A stretch of DNA of 64,000 bases. Source: a virus. Positions 38,497 through 47,156 of the stretch are shown here, in pieces. Every line of letters begins with the position of its first letter. Position 1 is the stretch's first letter. A model generated the notes under the pieces. It made no database searches. It was given only the letters and a program-made list of their open reading frames with translations, and was not told where the DNA came from. The stretch is taken from positions 23,454 to 87,453 of IMG/VR virus record IMGVR_UViG_3300037493_005286; one strand, written 5' to 3'. Position numbers and translations under genes: made by a program.

Positions 38497-39165
38497 CACG
38501 TTAAGTTTTTTTGGATCGCCGTAGTAATGAACAATATAGGGTCGGTTAGCTGTATTTACCTCGTGATTATTATAATTCCAACGCACATCTAAAAATTTAC
38601 AATGATCACGTCCAAGTAGTAAGTTGAATGCAACTTCATCACTATAGGAATATCTAGCACTTTCATATAAATTGAAAATATCTAAAAATTTTTGAGTGTA
38701 TTTATTTTGATTCCACTTCTTACAGTCAACTAGCATTACACCTGCATTAAAAAACGGCCATTCATCACGAATAACTATGGACTTTAATTGTAGAGTTGGA
38801 GGATACACTTCAAATGCACCCGCATGAGTTCTTAATCTGCTACACTCTACTACACCTAAAGTAGAATCACCTAAATCTGTATCATATAACTTTTTTATAT
38901 TAGTTTGACACACCGTGTCACTATCAAGAAATATTATTTTCTCGTTAAAATGTTCAAATATAAAAGGTCGATTTAAAAAAAACTGCTGAATCTTTCGCTC
39001 AATCTTAACAAATGTAAGATTTGAATTATTAATACTGTCTAAATCGCCAAAATGAAATATAAAAAATTCTATAGGACTATCGCCTTTGTAAAATTGCTTT
39101 ACAAAGGCGATAGACGTACATGTCAACTCATAGTAATCTTTACTTATTAAATAACAAATCTTCAT
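38494..39165 (-). CDS. Glycosyltransferase family 8
   Basis: KIIFLDSDTV, FFNAGVMLVDCKKW, DEVAFN, LDVRWN, IVHYYGDPK. Confidence 0.9.
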   Translation of the reverse strand: MKICYLISKDYYELTCTSIAFVKQFYKGDSPIEFFIFHFGDLDSINNSNLTFVKIERKIQQFFLNRPFIFEHFNEKIIFLDSDTVCQTNIKKLYDTDLGDSTLGVVECSRLRTHAGAFEVYPPTLQLKSIVIRDEWPFFNAGVMLVDCKKWNQNKYTQKFLDIFNLYESARYSYSDEVAFNLLLGRDHCKFLDVRWNYNNHEVNTANRPYIVHYYGDPKKLNV

Positions 39166-39956
39166 TTATACTTACTTTGTTCGTCAAGATAGGGTTTAGT
39201 GAACTTTGCTTCGCCAGAACCAGGCCATATATAATTATCTTGATTATAATTATATTGTATTGTATTCCAATTTTCAACCGTAACGTCACGCCAATTTAAA
39301 TCCTCAACATGACTTATATCTTCACACAGACGTATTGCAGATTGATCTAAATTATAAACATTCTCAATAGCAAACTGATCACTATCCCAGTCAGTCATAC
39401 TTTCTTCGGTCATCTTTTGTACGCGTTTAAAGAAGTTAATTGTTTTAACATTGTTAACACCTACTATACAACTACATTCCCAGCAGCGCTGTCGCGGATA
39501 CCTATCAGCATCAGTAGCTACATTACATAATACATCATACTGCTTAAAGAAGTCTGTTAACTGTGTAAGGTCTTTACGTACAATAGTATCAGCATCTAGT
39601 AATATTACTACATCTTCTTTTAACGCTTCTAAACAATACAATATATTTCTGTACCGTGTATTGCTTACAAAGCATTGCTTGTGTGATAGTAAATGCGCAC
39701 CATGAGGTCCTCTTTTATCTAAATCTGTACTTAATACAGTACCTGCTCTAAAATATTGACGCTTTGTTGATAGATTTAATTGCTCATTAACTATAATAGC
39801 ACCTGGATGTGAGTTTTGCAATAATTGAATTTCAGAAGCCGTACAATCGATTGCACGGCAGTGTACACGCAGGCACGGACTATTAACCGCGATGCTCTTT
39901 AAAAGATGTGACGAATGTTTAACGTAATTACTATCAGTTGAAAGTGTTATAATCAT
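39162..39956 (-). CDS. GT-A fold nucleotide-diphospho-sugar transferase
   Basis: STDSNY, LLKSI, ILLDADTIVRKDL (DxD), WDSDQ, IW..GEAK. Confidence 0.75.
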   Translation of the reverse strand: MIITLSTDSNYVKHSSHLLKSIAVNSPCLRVHCRAIDCTASEIQLLQNSHPGAIIVNEQLNLSTKRQYFRAGTVLSTDLDKRGPHGAHLLSHKQCFVSNTRYRNILYCLEALKEDVVILLDADTIVRKDLTQLTDFFKQYDVLCNVATDADRYPRQRCWECSCIVGVNNVKTINFFKRVQKMTEESMTDWDSDQFAIENVYNLDQSAIRLCEDISHVEDLNWRDVTVENWNTIQYNYNQDNYIWPGSGEAKFTKPYLDEQSKYK

Positions 39957-39986
39957 ACTAAAGATGTATTACTCATAATATACCAT

Positions 39987-40469
39987 CTATACTATAAAAT
40001 CTACTATTAAAACAACTCTCTCCTCGCAACTGAGATTCCGTGCGCTGTGAGTAATGCTATCATTAAAAACAAGCATCTCTCCTGCGATCCACCTCTTAAT
40101 ACTGTCACCCACGGTAATAGTTGCACCCTTAGGGCAAATAATACCTAAATGAGATCTTAATATATTTGGAGTTTTAGCACCAGAATGTGGATAAATAATA
40201 CATCCTGGCTTCATTACAGAGAAAAAGCATCTAGCTAAATTAGGTACATTCTTAATTAAAGAACTAATTAACGGACATTGTTGTAAATTTTCTTTATAGT
40301 ATTCACCCTTGTATAAAAAAAACACAGTAGACCATCCGTGGTTATGTATATGATCTTCACCAATAACTACTTGTTGATTTTTTTGAATTAGTTCAAATTC
40401 ACGTTTAATGCCTTCCCAGTTTTCCTTGAAGGGCTCTAAAAATGGATAATCTTCAATATTACTAAACAT
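39987..40469 (-). CDS. Aspartyl/asparaginyl beta-hydroxylase (AspH/LpxO) family Fe/2OG oxygenase
   Basis: NWEGIKRE, GW, CP, FFSVMKPG.IYPHSG, LRSHLGI, W..GE..VFNDSITHSARN, RVVLIVD. Confidence 0.9.
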   Translation of the reverse strand: MFSNIEDYPFLEPFKENWEGIKREFELIQKNQQVVIGEDHIHNHGWSTVFFLYKGEYYKENLQQCPLISSLIKNVPNLARCFFSVMKPGCIIYPHSGAKTPNILRSHLGIICPKGATITVGDSIKRWIAGEMLVFNDSITHSARNLSCEERVVLIVDFIV

Positions 40470-40474
40470 AATAA

Positions 40475-41089
40475 TTAAAAGGGTTCAATACTATCTGTAT
40501 TTCTAATAAATTCTGTAATAGCTATACGAAAACAACCAGGTAAGGTTTTATAACTATGCCAAGTTTTATCTGTTTCAGGTGCAAAAAATAAAGCTCTATT
40601 AGGAGCCCATTCTACTTCCTTAACGTATTTCTTATCCATGTCATATAAAATTGTGCCTTTTGAAATAATAGGTGAAACATAAGTTACAGATGTAAATATT
40701 TTATCCACACCATCATAATGAATTACATTTGAAGCTGCATCTTCTGAAAAAACCATTGTTATAACTGTTCTAATATCAACTGTATCGTATTTTCTATGAT
40801 TTGGAAAATACGATAAATCTGCTATATTAATACTTCTACTGGCAAGGCATTTTGTTGTTTTTGGAAATAATTTAAATTTATGTGTATTGCAACATTTCCA
40901 GCCTTGACGATCATTAATATTGCATATATTAAATCTATAACCCGTGAATTTATCTAGAGTGCCGTCTTGCATTTGCTTCATCTGTAATTCTGCAAATTGC
41001 GTTAATTCAGCTTCCATATTATTAAATAACTCTTTAGGGTAATAGTTATTAACTACAGCATGCGGCCATGGATATGTTTCTACTTTCAT
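40475..41089 (-). CDS. Fe(II)/2OG-dependent oxygenase
   Basis: PWPHAVVNNY, IHYD (HxD), KIFTSVTY, GTILY, WAPNRALFF, TWHSY, R. Confidence 0.85.
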   Translation of the reverse strand: MKVETYPWPHAVVNNYYPKELFNNMEAELTQFAELQMKQMQDGTLDKFTGYRFNICNINDRQGWKCCNTHKFKLFPKTTKCLASRSINIADLSYFPNHRKYDTVDIRTVITMVFSEDAASNVIHYDGVDKIFTSVTYVSPIISKGTILYDMDKKYVKEVEWAPNRALFFAPETDKTWHSYKTLPGCFRIAITEFIRNTDSIEPF

Positions 41090-41158
41090 CTTATATTGTT
41101 ATATTCACGTAAACTATTTAACTGTAAATTATACATTTGCAACAAGCATATCAATAAT

Positions 41159-41722
41159 CTACTTTAAATTAAATTCCCATCGATCATTTTTTAACACGCA
41201 GCCAAATTCAGAAAAAAGTTTATCGTAATCTGTTTTAAATTTATGATCAGCATCTACGTCACAAATAACGCGTTGACTCATTGAAGCTAATTGTAATATA
41301 TTAAAATTTTTAACTTTAAAAAACAAACAACACATTTTAAACATTAAACGTAATATTGACATTTTATATTTTTTTCGTGATAATAAAGTTAACCTATCAC
41401 GATCAGCACTAGTCTGTATATTACCTATTAAAATTTTATCTACACACGGGCAAAATCTAAGGTAACCAATATACATATTTTGTTGTATGTCTTCCTTATT
41501 GCTAAAAAATCTCATACATAATAATCCTCGGGTATAAAACGGTTCAGACTCACCACTTTCTATTGTTATATAGATATCACTACATTCTATATAATGCTCA
41601 CCTTTAAACTTATCTAAAAAAATTAAAGAATCAGTAATACATGTTACTATTTCGTTAACAGTTACATTTTTAATGCATAATCCTGTCTGCTTTAATGCGA
41701 ATATATCCTGGATTCCTACCAC
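41159..41722 (-). CDS. VirK/YbjX (DUF535)-like protein
   Basis: LRF...ILIGNIQ...FKTDYDKLFSEFG resembles the IGxLQ...DYDxFWxExG pattern of DUF535; start codon uncertain. Confidence 0.45.
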   Translation of the reverse strand: MVGIQDIFALKQTGLCIKNVTVNEIVTCITDSLIFLDKFKGEHYIECSDIYITIESGESEPFYTRGLLCMRFFSNKEDIQQNMYIGYLRFCPCVDKILIGNIQTSADRDRLTLLSRKKYKMSILRLMFKMCCLFFKVKNFNILQLASMSQRVICDVDADHKFKTDYDKLFSEFGCVLKNDRWEFNLK

Positions 41723-41735
41723 AATTTAACAAATT

Positions 41736-42170
41736 TTATTTAAGCTTAAACACAAACTCGTTATCCTTATTAATAGTTTTCCCAGTATAGGGATTATAAT
41801 CAACCAGTTGAGCATGCTTTATAATTTTTTTACAGTAGTAAGTATATATTTTTAAAAATCGCTTATTTGTAAAGTGGACATACATATACGTAGGATTTAT
41901 TAAACTAAAATGATTTGATATAGCAGTAAAAAGAAGTATGTAAAATTTTACAGGGTTAACGCATACATACACTGGTTCGTAACGTAAATTTATATTTCGT
42001 ATAAGTTCATCAGGTGTTTTTGCTAATGTTTTTACCTTATACCTAATCTCAGATACAATATCACCGTTAGGTAATTGTGTATTAAAACACATGAGTATAT
42101 AGCTGATATCACCTATAACAATAGTATCAAATACAGATTTTCTATCTTCTAACCAACTATTAATATTCAT
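41736..42170 (-). CDS. Hypothetical protein
   Basis: 144 aa ORF abutting the upstream stop codon. Confidence 0.5.
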   Translation of the reverse strand: MNINSWLEDRKSVFDTIVIGDISYILMCFNTQLPNGDIVSEIRYKVKTLAKTPDELIRNINLRYEPVYVCVNPVKFYILLFTAISNHFSLINPTYMYVHFTNKRFLKIYTYYCKKIIKHAQLVDYNPYTGKTINKDNEFVFKLK

Positions 42171-43109
42171 TTACCAAGTTTCATCACACCCCTTACACAT
42201 ACCTTCATATTCATTATTAGAATGATTTTTCAGCAATGACTGCCATGGTACGTCATTATATATGTCTGTTAACCTATTATGATTTATATTTCCCATTACT
42301 CCACTTCTTTTTAGGTCATGAAACGGACAAAACAATACATTACCACCTGTTACAATCCCACCACCGCTTCCCGGACCGTACGGGCAAATACCAGTACGTT
42401 TTCTTAAAGGTGATGTAGTAGGTATATGGCCTGCTCTATTAACGTTGTATGTTTCATTCACAACTAAGTTAGCATTTCTGTTTAATCTAAACGTATTTAT
42501 GTAATTATCTAATGCGCTGGATTGCGTTAAAGTGCATCTTTGAATAAATCTTAGCTTTAAGTTATCGCAATTACTGTATACCATTTCGAGTTGATTCAAA
42601 AAGCGTAAATAACCATCACGATTTGTATTAGATTGATATTCTTCAACAGTTTCACCATACAGTGAAATATCAAAAATAAGTTTTTTAAAGTGAGACAACT
42701 TTAAAATATCACCTTCATTTATAAGCAGTATATTACTCGTAATGGTATATTCTAAAACACGTTTATCCTCTTCAAGTATTTGTAGTTTAGTTATTATCTC
42801 TTTATCTAAGAACGGCTCTCCAATAGCTGGTGTTAAGTCAAAGTATTTTATACCACTATCCAAACACTTATCTACTATACCTTTAAATTCCAACGTAGAC
42901 ATTACTTTAAACTTACTATATTCAGCAATGTCAGTAATACTACCACGGCAGAAACTGCAATTAAGATTGCAGTTGTTTATGGTAATGATAGAAATAAGGT
43001 TTTTATTATTTTCTCTAGATGTAAATTTATCCTTAATATTACTTAATATAAATGTATTATATTTACTTTGTAACTGTAACGTCCGAGCATCCTGTTGTAA
43101 ATTATTCAT
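42171..43109 (-). CDS. Radical SAM enzyme with SPASM/twitch domain (paralog B)
   Basis: CNLNCSFC, YFDLTPAIGEPFL, ISLYG, NRAG, CPYG..LFC..MGNI..CKGC. Confidence 0.92.
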   Translation of the reverse strand: MNNLQQDARTLQLQSKYNTFILSNIKDKFTSRENNKNLISIITINNCNLNCSFCRGSITDIAEYSKFKVMSTLEFKGIVDKCLDSGIKYFDLTPAIGEPFLDKEIITKLQILEEDKRVLEYTITSNILLINEGDILKLSHFKKLIFDISLYGETVEEYQSNTNRDGYLRFLNQLEMVYSNCDNLKLRFIQRCTLTQSSALDNYINTFRLNRNANLVVNETYNVNRAGHIPTTSPLRKRTGICPYGPGSGGGIVTGGNVLFCPFHDLKRSGVMGNINHNRLTDIYNDVPWQSLLKNHSNNEYEGMCKGCDETW

Positions 43110-43873
43110 AAAATTAAGGGGGTATTATCCAATTCTAATATACATTTAATGAATGCATTAACCTTTTTAACTATATTTAATGAAAATTCCTTTTCCATTA
43201 CACTAGCGTATCGCTCTCTATATGTTGAACGCGTATCATCTTTCCAAATAAATTCATCACCATTCGTATATTGTTTTGTTTCATCAACAGGGCAATAGAT
43301 ATAATCAAAAAGAATAGAATTATCTCTATCAATTATTTTTTTATCATATATATTTCGTGTAAGAATTGCACGTGAACCAAATACTGAATGATTGGCTGTA
43401 GCTGTAGCAAAAAAAATAGTGTTAGCATATACATTACAATATAATTCAAATGCTCTTGGTCCAATTTCACCAGATTGCTTTTCACAATTTAACTGATCAT
43501 AATAATCTGGTACACTATGTCGGCATATTACTTTAACTTTATTAAATGATTTAAGTAATTTTAATTCAATCATTTGATTAATTAACTGGTAAAATGCTAA
43601 AAATTCCAATTGAGGTATTGTAACTATATTAGGATATTCGTTCTTATAATATAGCACAATAGCCCGATCATGATGTGGCGTTATAATATCTTTCTTTGAA
43701 ACTGTCCATAGCTTATATTTAGTGCTTAGCATATAATCATTTAACAAATCACCTACAATTACAATTTTATCTTTTGTAGTTTTTTCTAACAAATAATCAT
43801 ACTGCTTTTGGTTATATAAATGACCAATGTATTCCTTGGGTTGCAAATCATACTGCTTTAACACTTCCATCAT
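43106..43873 (-). CDS. Hypothetical protein
   Basis: 255 aa ORF coupled by 4 nt overlaps on both sides. Confidence 0.55.
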   Translation of the reverse strand: MMEVLKQYDLQPKEYIGHLYNQKQYDYLLEKTTKDKIVIVGDLLNDYMLSTKYKLWTVSKKDIITPHHDRAIVLYYKNEYPNIVTIPQLEFLAFYQLINQMIELKLLKSFNKVKVICRHSVPDYYDQLNCEKQSGEIGPRAFELYCNVYANTIFFATATANHSVFGSRAILTRNIYDKKIIDRDNSILFDYIYCPVDETKQYTNGDEFIWKDDTRSTYRERYASVMEKEFSLNIVKKVNAFIKCILELDNTPLIL

Positions 43874-44970
43874 ACAAAATAATTTTCAAGTTGACCAGTT
43901 CTTCTAATATCAAGAGTGGTACAATGGTGCGCCCCAGAAAACAATTCGCAATGCCGCATTGACGATCCTATAGCAGTTATACCATAAGGCTTTAGTTTTT
44001 GGTTTAAAACTTTTTCATATTCAGGATGACATATTATCAACTCTGGCGATACGCTAAACACATTCAACTCAATCTTAGTTGATGCTAAACGTATTCCATT
44101 TTTAACTTCACGATTGCGGTCAATTGGTTCTATCAATATCTTATCCCAAGTCTGCAATTGTTTTGGTAGCAAATGCCAAATATCGGAACGTGTAACTAAA
44201 CACAAGCCAGGGCGCAGTGGAAGTATACAACTGTCAATATGATTATCTGTTATGTTGCATTCCCAAATCTTATACCGCTCTCCCAAGTGACGCTGCAACC
44301 ATTGCACGCCCATCTTCATGTTCAAAGAACTTGCATTAAACAATAAATGTTCGCCAAAGCGCATTATGTTGGCAGCATCAAACATAATTTCAGGCCCACA
44401 ATCCATTGGCGAAGAGTGTCTAACCAATTGATCTATTTGTCCATCATTAGCTTGTAATATATGAGATATGTCAAATGAATAGTCAGTAAGCAGTGGACGA
44501 GGTGCACTTGTCCATTTAGCACCAGCATTAAAATATTCTAAAAACAAATGCTTTAAATAGTCTGTTTCATAGTAACGCCATCTACAAGATACCGGTGTTT
44601 CTATAATCTCATTACCAATCACTATGCTTAGGTCACGTACATTTAGTGATGGATACACAGCGCTGTTCCAATTTGGAGTCTTTACTTTTTGTATAATGCT
44701 TGGAGTCTTTGGGCGTCTTACGTGTACTCCCAAACTGGTCAATAACTCTGCAAAAGCTTCAACATCTTCATTGTGTTCAGCAATATAACGCTTATCAATT
44801 TGCGGATTAATTATTCTCTCATTTGCAAATTGAATGTTATCATGAAAGAACATCTTAAATGTTAAGTCTATAGCTGGTAGGGTTTCAGGTACTCCTGCGC
44901 CAACTATAACTTCTTCAAGTGGATCCCATTCATTGTGGCTGTTTACCACTGCGCTGTGCATGTCTTGCAT
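43870..44970 (-). CDS. L-arginine amidinotransferase (glycine/inosamine-phosphate amidinotransferase family); start may be 44961 or 44949
   Basis: VNSHNEWDPLEEVIVG, RD, WRYYE, FDAAN (Asp), HIDS (His), PLRPGL, GAHHCTTLDIRR (Cys): full catalytic triad. Confidence 0.95.
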   Translation of the reverse strand: MQDMHSAVVNSHNEWDPLEEVIVGAGVPETLPAIDLTFKMFFHDNIQFANERIINPQIDKRYIAEHNEDVEAFAELLTSLGVHVRRPKTPSIIQKVKTPNWNSAVYPSLNVRDLSIVIGNEIIETPVSCRWRYYETDYLKHLFLEYFNAGAKWTSAPRPLLTDYSFDISHILQANDGQIDQLVRHSSPMDCGPEIMFDAANIMRFGEHLLFNASSLNMKMGVQWLQRHLGERYKIWECNITDNHIDSCILPLRPGLCLVTRSDIWHLLPKQLQTWDKILIEPIDRNREVKNGIRLASTKIELNVFSVSPELIICHPEYEKVLNQKLKPYGITAIGSSMRHCELFSGAHHCTTLDIRRTGQLENYFV

Positions 44971-45854
44971 ATATCAGTATAGTTACTATTCACGTGATTG
45001 GTTACAACATTATTCCATGTATCAGTATTACGTAATTGTAATAAAGATGAGCCACTAAGATTACCAATTAGAGATTTTTTTCCTAAATCATTAAAAGCAC
45101 AATAATAATAATTATTATCACTACGAATTGCTCCTCCACTACCAACTCCACATGGACATATACCCTTTCTACTTACTGATATATTATCAGTTTGAACGCT
45201 TCCACCACGATTATCATTAACACGTCCATCATGTACAGCTACATTTTTCTTTGTTAGTAGTTTATACATTACTTTTCGAAAAGGTAAATCTATATCACTT
45301 AGATCCTCATTACGCAACGTTATTTCAATAGGTGTATCTATATCTATTAATGACGAAAAAGTATCAATGCACTTTTTAAATAAATCTTTATTTGTAAATG
45401 TCTTAAAGCTACTTATACCGCTTCCGTATAATGAAAGTGATAAATTTAACTTTTTGTGTCCCTTAGGAATGTTATTTACTGTCCCATTTGTCGTCATAAG
45501 ATAGCCTTTAACGCCTTCATGGTGTTCTAGGTAATTTAAATATTTATGTATATCTTTAACTAGTAATATTTCACCAATAGCTGGCGTTAAATCAAAATAA
45601 CATATACCTGATTTAACACATTCATCGACTGTTTTAATAAACGAGTCGTATGACATTGTTTGTAGTTCGTATTGGTGTACATTATCTATACTGCCCCTGC
45701 AACCGATACACGACAAGTTACATTTATCCGTAATAATAATATTAATATACTTAGAATTTATAGCATCTGAATTATATAAATTCGTACGAATACCGGCCCA
45801 TTTAAATAACTTATGCGATGATACTTGTACTAAAAGATCAAGTAAGCTTGTCAT
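44943..45854 (-). CDS. Radical SAM enzyme with SPASM/twitch domain (paralog A)
   Basis: CNLSCIGC, YFDLTPAIGE, TTNG, LSLYG, NRGG, CPCG..YYC..IGNL..CKTC. Confidence 0.92.
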   Translation of the reverse strand: MTSLLDLLVQVSSHKLFKWAGIRTNLYNSDAINSKYINIIITDKCNLSCIGCRGSIDNVHQYELQTMSYDSFIKTVDECVKSGICYFDLTPAIGEILLVKDIHKYLNYLEHHEGVKGYLMTTNGTVNNIPKGHKKLNLSLSLYGSGISSFKTFTNKDLFKKCIDTFSSLIDIDTPIEITLRNEDLSDIDLPFRKVMYKLLTKKNVAVHDGRVNDNRGGSVQTDNISVSRKGICPCGVGSGGAIRSDNNYYYCAFNDLGKKSLIGNLSGSSLLQLRNTDTWNNVVTNHVNSNYTDICKTCTAQW

Positions 45855-46564
45855 AAATATTTGTTAAACGGAACTGGTAATAAAATTGGCGGCCAGAGAG
45901 TATATACATCATCAATTGTTTGAAATGTCTCGAATGATGTGGTATTTACTGCTTCGGTAATCATATCTATAATAATATCAACTTCTTCAATACTGTCTGT
46001 ATCACCCTCTAATGTAAATTTTTCACGCTCTGTAAGTAATTTAGATATGGCTAGTTCGCCGGTCTGTTGAAGCTTCACTGAACATACTGTAACCATGTGT
46101 ATAATAATATCATCTGTACGCTGCTGAAAAGCGCCTAAATCTGTAACACCAAACTGCTTCATTATAAATATATCCCTTACATTTATATGGTGTTTAAGGC
46201 TATTAATATTAGGTCTTTGCTTATCGATGTATTTAATGTTGTCTCTTTTTACCAGAAACTGCTTATATAGCTCGTCATTACTAGTTTTAATTTCTTCTGC
46301 ACGTTCAATGACAAACTTATCGTAATTTTGTAGCTCGTAATAAGTAGGTAATACCATTACACCGGCTCGTATAGAGCTAATGCTAAAATTAGCATCTGTA
46401 AGATCAAACCATTGTTGTTCAGCAAAATCATATATACTAACTATACCGTTTTCTACTTTAACGTCACCGGAATGTATTAAAAATACATAATCTTCGCTAT
46501 TATAAATTCCATACAAGTATATGGAGGTTGTTTGTGTAATGATACCGATATAGCTTACATCCAT
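45851..46564 (-). CDS. Hypothetical protein, first gene of the tailoring island
   Basis: 237 aa; helical C-terminus ending WPPILLPVP loosely recalls tail-fibre chaperone ends. Confidence 0.5.
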   Translation of the reverse strand: MDVSYIGIITQTTSIYLYGIYNSEDYVFLIHSGDVKVENGIVSIYDFAEQQWFDLTDANFSISSIRAGVMVLPTYYELQNYDKFVIERAEEIKTSNDELYKQFLVKRDNIKYIDKQRPNINSLKHHINVRDIFIMKQFGVTDLGAFQQRTDDIIIHMVTVCSVKLQQTGELAISKLLTEREKFTLEGDTDSIEEVDIIIDMITEAVNTTSFETFQTIDDVYTLWPPILLPVPFNKYL

Positions 46565-46570
46565 ACCTCT

Positions 46571-46598
46571 ATTTTATATCTAGTTTTACTAAAATCCA
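46571..46598 (-). promoter_or_regulatory. Sigma70-like promoter heading the tailoring island
   Basis: TGGATT-N16-TAAAAT, 6 nt (AGAGGT) before ATG at 46564. Confidence 0.55.
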
Positions 46599-46612
46599 CA
46601 CAAAAAACTATA

Positions 46613-47155
46613 TTATTGTATATAGTTAAAATAAGCAGTGTTTGAACCGCCACCGTACGTAACATCAATATATTTAATTACTTCGTGATCCGCTAAATAA
46701 TCAGCTTTCATATCCGTTACCTCAAGTCTGTAGGTACCATCAAAAAGGTCAGGTATTGATACGTTAGTACCGACACTTATTACGCTAAAAGGCGACGGTC
46801 CAAAACCTTCTACTTTAATTTCTCGTGCACCGCCACCGATTTTATATGTAGTAGTTGAAGGTATGAAATTAATAATACCGTCATGTATTAAATGGTAATA
46901 TTGATCAGGTGTACAAGGAAAGGAGACTAACTTAAAGCCGAAAATGGTTGACCTATAAAATGAGCTCAGAGATAAATTATTTGAATTTAATGGTGGAACG
47001 TCACCCTCTTGGCCTTCCCGAGCTATAGCTGCGAGTTGGGTAATACTTAAATTATAAATACCGGGATTATAGTTTGCATTATCTACTATTAAATCTGTGG
47101 TGAGTGCTCTAACGTCACTCATTTTAATTTCTCCAGTTAATGGCGTTGCTGGCAT
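46613..47155 (-). CDS. Putative tail-fibre tip/adhesin protein
   Basis: N-terminal TPLTGEIKMSDV...LSI...LSLSSFY attachment-type motif; directly follows an S74-chaperone fibre gene. Confidence 0.6.
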   Translation of the reverse strand: MPATPLTGEIKMSDVRALTTDLIVDNANYNPGIYNLSITQLAAIAREGQEGDVPPLNSNNLSLSSFYRSTIFGFKLVSFPCTPDQYYHLIHDGIINFIPSTTTYKIGGGAREIKVEGFGPSPFSVISVGTNVSIPDLFDGTYRLEVTDMKADYLADHEVIKYIDVTYGGGSNTAYFNYIQ

Positions 47156-47156
47156 A

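Noticed and set aside
43795-43859. 14 bp direct repeat AATCATACTGCTTT (two copies)
   Set aside because: In-frame KQYD-coding micro-duplication with only two copies; no evidence for a function.
33566-46564. Complete aminoglycoside antibiotic cluster
   Set aside because: Family overlap only; no cyclitol synthase, resistance or export gene is recognisable, so it is kept as an analogy.
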